From contig JBGAJA010000001.1 of the NCBI GenBank assembly GCA_044225175.1, positions 70,994 to 134,993 of the forward strand: a stretch of 64,000 nucleotides of DNA, given 5' to 3'. The notes beneath the pieces were generated by a model that had not been told where the DNA came from, made no database searches, and saw only the letters and a list, made by a program, of their open reading frames with translations. This DNA comes from Candidatus Omnitrophota bacterium. Its GTDB lineage: Bacteria > Omnitrophota > Gorgyraeia > Zapsychrales > Fredricksoniimonadaceae. Shown here one piece after another: positions 49,290-58,034 of the stretch (the stretch's first letter is position 1; each line of letters starts with the position of its first letter). Both the position numbers and the translations under genes were made by a program.

Positions 49290-50003
49290 ATGCCTAAACT
49301 AGGGATTAACATAGATCATGTCGCAACCCTGCGTCAAGCTCGTCGAGAAATAGATCCTGATCCTATTTTAGCGGCCCGTATTTGCCAACAGCAGGGCATT
49401 CACAGTATAGTAGCCCATCTCAGAGAAGACCGACGCCATATCCAAGATATAGACATTGTCATGTTGCGTAAGTGTGTGAAGACAAGATTCAATCTGGAAA
49501 TGTCTATCGCTAAAGATATTGTTAAGCTGGCTTTGGATATCAAACCAGATCAAGTAACTTTAGTTCCTGAAAGAAGACAAGAAATTACAACGGAAGGTGG
49601 ATTGAATGTTGTGCAGCTCAGAAATAAACTCCTTCCTGTGTGTGAGAAATTTAAGAACAATGGAATTGAAGTCAGTCTTTTTATCGCTCCTGATAAGAAA
49701 CAAATCGATGCGTCCAAAGCATTAAATGTCCCTATGATTGAATTACACACCGGCGCCTATGCCCATGCCTTTTCTAATGGAGAAGAAGCCAAAGAATTGG
49801 CCAAGATCAAAGCGATGACAGCGTATGCCCTAAAGTTAGGGTTAATTGTCCATGTTGGTCATGGGCTGAATTATCAGAATGTTTCTAAGATTGCACGTAT
49901 ACCTGGAATCACAGAGTTAAATATTGGGCATTCCATTATCTCTCATGCTGTTTTTGTCGGACTCAAACAAGCGGTTAAAGAAATGTTAGAGAAAATCAAA
50001 TGA
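49290..50003 (+). CDS. pdxJ: Pyridoxine 5'-phosphate synthase
   Basis: MPKLGINIDHVATLRQAR… canonical PdxJ N-terminus; TIM barrel. Confidence 0.9.
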   Translation: MPKLGINIDHVATLRQARREIDPDPILAARICQQQGIHSIVAHLREDRRHIQDIDIVMLRKCVKTRFNLEMSIAKDIVKLALDIKPDQVTLVPERRQEITTEGGLNVVQLRNKLLPVCEKFKNNGIEVSLFIAPDKKQIDASKALNVPMIELHTGAYAHAFSNGEEAKELAKIKAMTAYALKLGLIVHVGHGLNYQNVSKIARIPGITELNIGHSIISHAVFVGLKQAVKEMLEKIK

Positions 50004-50347
50004 TTCATGGAGTCGGAACAGATATCGTTGAAGTGGATAGAATCCGTAAAGCAGTCAAACGATGGGGCAAGAGGTTCTTACAACATATTTTGACCGATGA
50101 GGAAATTGAATTTGCTAAGCGATATCGCTTTCCTTTTGAACATTACGCGGGGCGTTTTGCTGCCAAAGAAGCTATTTTTAAAGCGGTTGGAGACCCTAAA
50201 CTAGCTTGGCACGATATTACAATTACTAATGACAAAGAAGGTAAGCCTGTATGTCAGCATCGCAACAAGAAATTTAAGAAGAATATTTTAATTTCCATTT
50301 CTCATTCTAAAGAATATGCAACAGCCTTCTGTATTGTTACGTCGTAA
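50000..50347 (+). CDS. acpS: Holo-[acyl-carrier-protein] synthase
   Basis: MIHGVGTDIVEVDRI…FAAKEAIFKA: the 4'-phosphopantetheinyl transferase AcpS signature. Confidence 0.85.
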   Translation: MIHGVGTDIVEVDRIRKAVKRWGKRFLQHILTDEEIEFAKRYRFPFEHYAGRFAAKEAIFKAVGDPKLAWHDITITNDKEGKPVCQHRNKKFKKNILISISHSKEYATAFCIVTS

Positions 50348-51140
50348 TCCTCGACTTAATAAAAAAGACTTTGGCCATGTTCTAGTTGTGGCTGGCTCTA
50401 AAACTATGCTTGGAGCTTGTGCGTTATGTTCTTTATCTGCCATGCGTTCCGGAGCTGGTTTGGTGACAGCCGCAGTTGCCAAAAGTCTCAATCTCACGTT
50501 GCAGAAGAAAATATCTCCCGTTATTATGACCTTGCCCTTACCTGAGAATTCTAAAGGGGAATTATCTTTGAAAGCATTTGATGTTTTGAAGAAGAATTTT
50601 TCTAAATATGTTGCGATTGCCATTGGCCCTGGCCTAGGACTTCATCCCAACACTCAGCAATTGATTTATAGAATGGTGGAAAATTATGCTGGTCCTATGG
50701 TTGTAGATGCTGATGCATTGAACGCTTTAGCCAAAAATCTTAAACCTTTAAGAAACGCGAAAGGGCCAAGAATTCTGACTCCACATCTTGGAGAAATGAA
50801 CCGTTTGATGGGACAAACAGTAGGAGACCGCAAAAAGATGGCTCTAGATTTTGTTAGACAAAACCATTGCGTGCTGGTTCTTAAAGGACCACACACTTTG
50901 ATTGCTTCTAAAAGTAAAGTTGTTGTCAACGCGACCGGAAATGTAGGTATGGCCACAGCTGGTAGTGGGGATGTCCTGACAGGAATGATTGTGGGGATAT
51001 TAGGGCAGGGAGTAGAGGCTTTTCAAGCTGCTCAATTAGGGGTCTACTATCACGGAAAAGCTGGAGATAAGGCGGCACAATTGAGATCTAAAGCATCTAT
51101 GATTGCGACGGACATTATTGAGAATATTAAAATATGTTAA
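50316..51140 (+). CDS. NAD(P)H-hydrate dehydratase (YjeF C-terminal / carbohydrate kinase-like)
   Basis: GHVLVVAGS…GPGLGL…GSGDVLTGMI motifs. Confidence 0.8.
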   Translation: MQQPSVLLRRNPRLNKKDFGHVLVVAGSKTMLGACALCSLSAMRSGAGLVTAAVAKSLNLTLQKKISPVIMTLPLPENSKGELSLKAFDVLKKNFSKYVAIAIGPGLGLHPNTQQLIYRMVENYAGPMVVDADALNALAKNLKPLRNAKGPRILTPHLGEMNRLMGQTVGDRKKMALDFVRQNHCVLVLKGPHTLIASKSKVVVNATGNVGMATAGSGDVLTGMIVGILGQGVEAFQAAQLGVYYHGKAGDKAAQLRSKASMIATDIIENIKIC

Positions 51141-53029
51141 ATATATGGTATCAATCTTTAACTAAACAGGATACTGCAAGAGTCTTATATTTTGGCATTG
51201 CGTTATATGTCTTACTATTTTTCACATGGTGCTATTTAAAGTTTGTTAATTTCGGTTATTACGACTTTGATTTTGCCATTCATGACCAGGTGATTTGGAA
51301 TATTGGACATGGAAACGTTTATAACTCTATTCTTGGGGTTAATTTTCTAGGCAATCACATCCATTTTATTTCTTTTCTGATTGCGCCTATATACCTTATT
51401 TTTAGCCATCCATTGACCTTATTGCTTTTGCAAACCCTGGCCCTTGCTTTAGCAGCTATTCCCATTTATAAGCTTGCTGAGGGTATTGTTGGATATCGCT
51501 TAGCGCTGGCTGTAGGCCTGGTGTATCTTTTATACCCTGGCCTTGGATATACCAATCTTTTTGAGTTTCATCCTCCTGTGTTTGCAACATTCTTTCTAGC
51601 ATGGATGTTTTATTACTTTTATCAAAGTAAAACAGTGCCTTTTGTGATCTCTATGGTGTTGTCGTTATTGTGTCAGGAAAACATTTCATTGGGGGTGGCT
51701 GCGCTTGGTTTGTATGCCCTTTGTACAGGGAGGAATCGAACATACGGGGTGATTGCTTTAATCTGTGGAAGTGTTTATTTTATCCTTTGCGTGAAATTCC
51801 TGATGCCTTATTTTAACCAAGACACCATTCAATTTATTAAGATTTACGGCCAATTAGGAGGCTCATTTCCGGAAGTCATCAAAACCCTTTTGACTGATCC
51901 TTTTAGGGTTTATCTTGTTCTTAATCAACCTGAGAAAATCAAGTATGTGTCGGACCTTCTGGTTTCATTGTCATTTCTACCTTTGCTAAGTCCTGTATCC
52001 TGGATTCTTTCTTTACCATTTTTAGCCCAGCATCTTTTATCCTCCAGGGTCAGTGAAGTCACCTTGCACTATCACTACACAGCGGAATTGATTCCTCCAT
52101 TGTTTGTGGCTTTTATTTGGGGGTTGGACAGGTTTCGACGTTCCAAGCTATTGGTGAAAAGAGAATATTTTATAGGGGCATTCATTATCATCGTCGCACT
52201 AATAGCCACTGTAATGTTAGGCCCTCACTTTAGATTTCTAAAAGAATGGAGGAATTATCCGCCTCAATATGTTTCAGAGCAAAAATTGAGTTTAATCAAC
52301 GAAATCCCTAAAGATGCTTCTGTTGCTTCTACATTTGAAGTTTTACCCCATTTATCGCATCGAGCGAATCTGTATTCGTTTCACCATATTTACTCAGGGC
52401 TTTTTACCATGTCTGAGAAGAAATATCATTTGCCCCAGAAGGTTGATTACGCTCTGCTTGACTTCAATGATCCCTTAACTTTTCGTGGTTTTTATGTTCC
52501 TGGAAAACACCAAAACATTGCGTCATTTTTGAAAGAAGAGAATTTGGGTGTTCTGGATGTTAAAGACAGTATTGTTTTATTCAAAAAAGGCATTAAAGAT
52601 CAATATCCCTTATTTACCGTATCAGATACAGATTTTTTGCCTCATCAGTTTTCAATTATAGTTAATCGAACTATTGAATTGTATGCTTATCAGATCAAAG
52701 AACATAAAGATCCTCTTCATATCGTTCTTTATTGGAAGCTTATTCAACCTACTTCCAGAGACGTGAATATATTCATTGATTTTATGGATGAGAACTACAA
52801 GATACTCAATAGACAATTTAGACCCATAGCCTATCGAATATGGCCGACTCACGCTTGGCAGAACAATCAATCTGTAGAAGAACATCTCTATGTGACTATT
52901 CCACCTATGATCAAAAAGAATTTCAAGCATTTAATGATAGGATTTTATGATTATCAGACGGGTCAATTGCTACCCTCAAATGCTAAGGATGACTCTGGAA
53001 GAATAAAAATCGATTTAAACTCTAAATGA
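51134..53029 (+). CDS. DUF2079-like polytopic membrane protein (possible GT-C-fold glycosyltransferase)
   Basis: About 12 TM helices in the first ~380 aa, then a ~250-aa soluble C-terminal domain; this layout is typical of DUF2079 proteins (family assignment from memory). Confidence 0.55.
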   Translation: MLNIWYQSLTKQDTARVLYFGIALYVLLFFTWCYLKFVNFGYYDFDFAIHDQVIWNIGHGNVYNSILGVNFLGNHIHFISFLIAPIYLIFSHPLTLLLLQTLALALAAIPIYKLAEGIVGYRLALAVGLVYLLYPGLGYTNLFEFHPPVFATFFLAWMFYYFYQSKTVPFVISMVLSLLCQENISLGVAALGLYALCTGRNRTYGVIALICGSVYFILCVKFLMPYFNQDTIQFIKIYGQLGGSFPEVIKTLLTDPFRVYLVLNQPEKIKYVSDLLVSLSFLPLLSPVSWILSLPFLAQHLLSSRVSEVTLHYHYTAELIPPLFVAFIWGLDRFRRSKLLVKREYFIGAFIIIVALIATVMLGPHFRFLKEWRNYPPQYVSEQKLSLINEIPKDASVASTFEVLPHLSHRANLYSFHHIYSGLFTMSEKKYHLPQKVDYALLDFNDPLTFRGFYVPGKHQNIASFLKEENLGVLDVKDSIVLFKKGIKDQYPLFTVSDTDFLPHQFSIIVNRTIELYAYQIKEHKDPLHIVLYWKLIQPTSRDVNIFIDFMDENYKILNRQFRPIAYRIWPTHAWQNNQSVEEHLYVTIPPMIKKNFKHLMIGFYDYQTGQLLPSNAKDDSGRIKIDLNSK

Positions 53030-53038
53030 GGAAGATAT

Positions 53039-54724
53039 ATGTCTATAAAAGTTGTGTGTAATCTGTGCGGTTCAGACCACTATCAAGTTGTCTATGATAC
53101 TTTGGTTGGAGAAGAAGAAGGCGACTATAGCGATTCTTATAAGATCACTGATCATAGTGTTAGTTGTGCTGTTCGAATAGTGAAGTGTTCCAAATGCGGT
53201 TTGATTTATATGAATCCTCGAATAGATCAAACAAAGATTGTTTCAAATTATAAGAATATGGTTGATGACTTTTATGTCATGGAAGAAGAGGGAAGGCGGG
53301 AATCGGCAAGGTCTATTTTAAGGTATCTTAAGAAATTAAATAAAACAGGCAGGATTTTAGACGTAGGGTGTGCAACAGGATTTCTTTTAGATGGGGCCCG
53401 TAAGATGGGCTGGGAGGTTTATGGGGTTGAGCTCTCCAGTTGGGCTGTAGATTATGCAAAAAACAAGCTTCAACTGCCTAACATTACTCAAGGGTCATTA
53501 AAAGAAGCCAATTATCCTGCTAATTTCTTTGATGTGGTTGTGCTTAAAGATGTGATTGAACATTTAACCGACCCTAAAGATACTCTTGAGGACATTCGTC
53601 ATATTTTAAAACCTTTGGGTGTCATGTGCTGCAACACTCCTGATATTGATAGTTTGATGAGTAAGATGCTGGGAGCCAAATGGTGGGGGATCAAACAATC
53701 TCATTTATTCTATTTTAATAAGCACAATTTAAGTGCTTTATTTAAGGCTACAGGTTTTGTATCTTTGAAGATTCGTTCTCATGCTAGAACCTTTACTTGG
53801 AATTACTGGTTGTCTAATTTGCTTGGCTATAGAAAGGGATTTGGCTTCTTGCGTAAGATGTTAGAGAAAAAACCGGCATGGGCCAATAATCTGTTTTGCC
53901 TTGATTTGGGAGATCAAATAGAGATTTTCGCTCGTAAAAGCAGGGAACTTAAGTATCTTCATGAGCTGGAATTGCCTGTTGAGTCGCCTGTTAATAAAAA
54001 GATGAAGGTATGCGTTGTTCTTCCAGCCTACAATGCTGCCCAAACACTCAAACGAACACTGGCAGATATTCCTAAAGATCTGGTTGATGAAATTATCTTA
54101 GTTGATGATGTGAGCCAAGACAATACGGTTGAAGTAGCTAAAAGTTTAGGTCTAAAAGTTTTTGTCCATGAGAAAAACAGAGGATATGGTGGAAACCAGA
54201 AAACATGTTACAAAAATGCCTTAGCTTCCGGAGCAGATGTGATTGTCATGCTTCATCCAGATTACCAATATGATCCAACAGCAATCACTCAATTGGTTGA
54301 GCCAATTTTAAAGGGAAGAGCAGATGCTGTATTTGGTTCTCGAATGATGAAAGGCGGAGCATTGGAAGGCGGCATGCCTTTGTGGAAGCATAATGCCAAT
54401 ATCCTTTTAACTGCGTTGGAAAATGTGGTTTTAGGGATTTATCTGACGGAATATCACTCAGGCTTTAGAGCTTACAGCGCCAAATATTTGAAGAGTGTTA
54501 ATTTGGAAGCTAATTCAGATGGCTTTGTGTTTGATACGGAAATTATTGTTCAGGGGGTCGTCAAGTACATGAAATTTGAGGAAGTCCCCATCAAAACACG
54601 ATATTTCGATGAAGCTTCCTCAATTAAACTATGGCCTTCCATCGTCTACGGACTAAATATTCTAAAGACCCTGCTCAAATTCTTTCTGTTTAAACGTGGG
54701 ATTAAATTTAAACAGTTTGAATGA
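53039..54724 (+). CDS. Fusion protein: zinc-ribbon + class I SAM methyltransferase + family-2 glycosyltransferase
   Basis: CNLCGS…CSKCG Zn ribbon; MTase motif I ILDVGCATGFLL; C-terminal GT2 (KVCVVLPAYNAAQTLKRTL…VDDVSQDNT…MLHPD). Confidence 0.7.
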   Translation: MSIKVVCNLCGSDHYQVVYDTLVGEEEGDYSDSYKITDHSVSCAVRIVKCSKCGLIYMNPRIDQTKIVSNYKNMVDDFYVMEEEGRRESARSILRYLKKLNKTGRILDVGCATGFLLDGARKMGWEVYGVELSSWAVDYAKNKLQLPNITQGSLKEANYPANFFDVVVLKDVIEHLTDPKDTLEDIRHILKPLGVMCCNTPDIDSLMSKMLGAKWWGIKQSHLFYFNKHNLSALFKATGFVSLKIRSHARTFTWNYWLSNLLGYRKGFGFLRKMLEKKPAWANNLFCLDLGDQIEIFARKSRELKYLHELELPVESPVNKKMKVCVVLPAYNAAQTLKRTLADIPKDLVDEIILVDDVSQDNTVEVAKSLGLKVFVHEKNRGYGGNQKTCYKNALASGADVIVMLHPDYQYDPTAITQLVEPILKGRADAVFGSRMMKGGALEGGMPLWKHNANILLTALENVVLGIYLTEYHSGFRAYSAKYLKSVNLEANSDGFVFDTEIIVQGVVKYMKFEEVPIKTRYFDEASSIKLWPSIVYGLNILKTLLKFFLFKRGIKFKQFE

Positions 54725-54744
54725 GGTAAAATTCTTCCCCCTTT

Positions 54745-56244
54745 ATGGGAGGCTATGTTAATATTTTGACCATGAATCAATACAAAATTTTTGTTAGCGG
54801 AGTTCAGAAAGAACTCAAAGAAGAACGTCGGACGATTAAAGATTTGATTCAAAAGAATTCTCTTTTGATGGATCATTTTGACGTTTTTTTGTTTGAAGAT
54901 TCACCTGCCAGAAGTAAATCTGCACAACATTCTTATCTTGCGGAAGTTAGAGACTGCGATATTTATATTGGTGTTCTGGGGAATCAATATGGCAACGTCA
55001 CTAAAGGTAAATTATCTCCTGTGGAAGAAGAGTTTCGTACTGCTCAAAAAGCTGACAAAGAGATTTTTCTTTTTATAAAAGGTGAAAATAGCCAGAATGA
55101 CAAGAATCGTGAGGTTGGAATCCAAAAACTTATCAAAGAAATCAAAGACCCTCGTAAAGGACATAGTTATAAGCGTTTTAATAACATCGATGAGTTGACG
55201 GATTCTGTTTTTGACAGTCTTGTTATTTTTTTGAAAGAAAAGGGCATAGTTGGACGCGGTGATTTTGACCAGAGAATATGTGAAGGGGCAACATTGAACG
55301 ATATTGATATGGAGAAGGTCAGATGGTTTATAAGAACGGCTAGAGCTAAACGTAATTTTCCGTTTGATGTGGACACGCCAATTAAAAAAGTTTTTACACA
55401 TTTAAAATTTCTTAATAAAGGACAATTGACCAATGCCGCAATACTTTTGTTTGGTAAGAATCCTCATCAATTTATTTTACAGGCAGAAATTAAATGTGCC
55501 CAATTTGCGGGCATGGAAGTAGTTAAGCCATTTTTAAATTTTAAGGTTTATAACGATAACTTATTTGAACAGGTGGATAAGGCAGTGGGTTTTGTATTAG
55601 ATTCGATCAAGATTGCATTACATCAACAAGAGGGGAAGGCCCAGGCTAAAAGAACTCCGGAAATTCCTTTGTTTGCTATTGAAGAGGCAATTGTAAATGC
55701 GGTCGCTCATCGAAATTATAATAATACTTCCGGGGTTCAAGTGATGGTATTTGCAGATCGGGTGGAAGTTTGGAATTCAGGGAGTTTACCATCGGATTTA
55801 TCTCTTGAAGATTTAAAAAAAGATCATACATCACATCCAGCTAATCCCCTTATAGCAGAAGGTTTTTATAATGCGGACTATATTGAACGCTTCGGATCAG
55901 GAACCACCGAGATGGTTTCTCAGTGTAAACAACAAGGATTGCCTGAACCGCAATTTATTCTTAAGCGTAATGTTGAGTTTAGAACGATATTATCCAGGGA
56001 TGTTTATAGTGAAGATATATTAAATAAGTTGAATCTGAATGAGCGGCAAATCAAAGCAATCAGATTTATTAAGGAACATGGAGAGATTTCCCGTAAAGAA
56101 TACGTTGATGTAGCTTCGATTTCCCCACGGCAAGCGTTATCAGATTTAGGTGATTTAGTGTCTCAAAAGATTGTTTTTTCTGTAGGTAAGGGACGATCTG
56201 TTAAGTATATATTGCGTAATAATCGCGCAGTAATCGCGCAATAA
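54745..56244 (+). CDS. DUF4062 - Schlafen/AlbA_2-like - HATPase_c_4 - wHTH fusion protein (putative conflict-system or regulatory ATP-binding protein)
   Basis: N-terminal YKIFVSGVQKELKEERRTIKDLI…CDIYIGVLGNQYG (DUF4062 pattern). Middle AILLFGKNP… (AlbA_2-like). Then AIEEAIVNAVAHRNY…VEVWNSGSLP…NPLIAEGFYNADYIERFGSGTT (HATPase_c_4 / 'RecG C-terminal' family), followed by a C-terminal wHTH. Alternative start at ATG 54772. Confidence 0.7.
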   Translation: MGGYVNILTMNQYKIFVSGVQKELKEERRTIKDLIQKNSLLMDHFDVFLFEDSPARSKSAQHSYLAEVRDCDIYIGVLGNQYGNVTKGKLSPVEEEFRTAQKADKEIFLFIKGENSQNDKNREVGIQKLIKEIKDPRKGHSYKRFNNIDELTDSVFDSLVIFLKEKGIVGRGDFDQRICEGATLNDIDMEKVRWFIRTARAKRNFPFDVDTPIKKVFTHLKFLNKGQLTNAAILLFGKNPHQFILQAEIKCAQFAGMEVVKPFLNFKVYNDNLFEQVDKAVGFVLDSIKIALHQQEGKAQAKRTPEIPLFAIEEAIVNAVAHRNYNNTSGVQVMVFADRVEVWNSGSLPSDLSLEDLKKDHTSHPANPLIAEGFYNADYIERFGSGTTEMVSQCKQQGLPEPQFILKRNVEFRTILSRDVYSEDILNKLNLNERQIKAIRFIKEHGEISRKEYVDVASISPRQALSDLGDLVSQKIVFSVGKGRSVKYILRNNRAVIAQ

Positions 56245-56256
56245 TTGCGCGATTAC
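56230..56256. repeat. Perfect 13-1-13 palindrome GTAATCGCGCAAT-A-ATTGCGCGATTAC overlapping the stop codon of the DUF4062-fusion gene
   Basis: Read directly; preceded by a direct repeat AATCGCGCA that encodes the protein's last residues (…NNRAVIAQ*). Confidence 0.45.
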
Positions 56257-56497
56257 TGAACAGATCGAAAAGAGGACAAACGCGCCATAAATACGCCAAA
56301 TGCACCTTTCGTGGCCGTGATGATGTCTATGCCAAGGTATTGATCAATAATAAAACGTAAGCTTATCATTAAATGTTCTGAATGCCCGAATCAGGGATTC
56401 CTGTCTCCGGACAAATCGTATTTCTAATTAGTATGTTTAGAAATTTATGACACATCTTTTTGAAATTTTAGCCCTACGCAAGCGAATTCGTAAAGTA

Positions 56498-58027
56498 ATG
56501 AATAAATTAATCCTAATCTTATTTTTATTAATTCTTATCACTAGTAACGCGGTAGTTTTTGCTGAAACTATTAAACTTAAATCGGGTGCTTCTTTTGAAG
56601 GCGCTATTATTGAATTAACCGATGGTCATGTAACAATTGATAGAGGAAAGCTCGGTACATTTCGTATAGATTTTAGTGAGATCGATGATCAAACTCTTAC
56701 CGTTTTAAGAACTCTTCCTAAAGTAATACTTCAAGAACATAATTTTTCTAATCCAACTGCTGCCGTGAATCCTATCGATAGTTACGCGGGCGTGGATATC
56801 CCGAAACTTTTAAAAGCTAGAGGATACCCTGAAAATAGCTGGCCCAATCTTGAGAGAGAACTAAAGATATTTCTTGAGAAAATCAATCTTCCTAATTTAC
56901 AAAAGAAGGCTGTTGAAGCTAAGAAAACTCCAGAAGGGATCCGTGATCTTGCTCAGGAGCTTGGGAGGGCTATGGAGCGGCTAGGATATATTAATCATCT
57001 TTCTCCACCTCCTTTGATTAAAGGGCTTATTGACAGTTTAGGGGATGAAGATGTTGAGACTGTTGTTGGTAATGGTCCACATTCAGATCTAAATGGTGAA
57101 TTGTCTCGGGAGGATTATTTTGCATGTACTGTGTTATCACAATTGGGATTAATCGTTTTTGAACTTTTGGACATTGACGCTAGGGTGACAGTTTCTCCAG
57201 GGCATGTGTTTATCACAGCGTCCAATAGTGCTGGAAAGATTGTCTTTATTGATATTCTTAATCTTGTTTTTGAAATAGTTGATCTCGGATCATGGTATCG
57301 GCCGGTGAGTCAAGTATGGATATTAAAGGATGAGTACCGCTTGCCTTGGAATATGGTAGGTCTCCTTAGGATCAATCACCAAATGGGTCGAACAAAAGCA
57401 CCAGAAGTGCTTAAAGAAAAACTCAATATGTGGTACCCGTTTATTTTTATAACACAGCAACATAATGCAACAACCAATATATATAACAACCGTGGGCTTG
57501 CTTATTATCAAAGGGGCGATCTTAATCGGGCGCTTGCAGAATATGATCAAGCCTTGGCTATTGATCCAAACAATGTGGAGGCCCATTCCAACCGAACTAT
57601 TGTTTATACTATAAAGAAAGATTTTAACCGTGCTCTTGCTGACATTAATGAGGCGTTGACCATAAATCCTAATGATGCTGAGGTCTACAATAATCGGGGG
57701 AATGTTTATAATGCAATGGAAGATCTTAATCGAGCGCTTATGGATTATAATGAGGCGATTAATTATGACCCGAGTCGGGCTTTATTCTACTTAAATCGTG
57801 GGGGAGTTTATTTTCAAATGAAGGATTTTAATCGATCTATAGAAGATTTTAATCAAGGGCTTTCCATCAATCCAAATTATGGAGATGTCTACTATTGGCG
57901 TGGCCTTGCATTTACAAAAATAAAAGATTTTAGTAGAGCTCTGGATGATATGAACAAAGCGCAAACATTAGGGGTACAGGTTTCTTCTAAAGTTTTAGAA
58001 GAACTTCATAAAGCTGCTGGCAGATAG
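56498..58027 (+). CDS. Secreted TPR-repeat protein (N-terminal globular domain + ~6 TPRs)
   Basis: Signal peptide MNKLILILFLLILITSNAVVFA (the ORF opens at 56447); C-terminal half is tandem 34-aa TPRs (YNNRGLAYYQRGDLNRALAEYDQALAIDPNN …). Confidence 0.7.
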   Translation: MNKLILILFLLILITSNAVVFAETIKLKSGASFEGAIIELTDGHVTIDRGKLGTFRIDFSEIDDQTLTVLRTLPKVILQEHNFSNPTAAVNPIDSYAGVDIPKLLKARGYPENSWPNLERELKIFLEKINLPNLQKKAVEAKKTPEGIRDLAQELGRAMERLGYINHLSPPPLIKGLIDSLGDEDVETVVGNGPHSDLNGELSREDYFACTVLSQLGLIVFELLDIDARVTVSPGHVFITASNSAGKIVFIDILNLVFEIVDLGSWYRPVSQVWILKDEYRLPWNMVGLLRINHQMGRTKAPEVLKEKLNMWYPFIFITQQHNATTNIYNNRGLAYYQRGDLNRALAEYDQALAIDPNNVEAHSNRTIVYTIKKDFNRALADINEALTINPNDAEVYNNRGNVYNAMEDLNRALMDYNEAINYDPSRALFYLNRGGVYFQMKDFNRSIEDFNQGLSINPNYGDVYYWRGLAFTKIKDFSRALDDMNKAQTLGVQVSSKVLEELHKAAGR

Positions 58028-58034
58028 GGAACGT

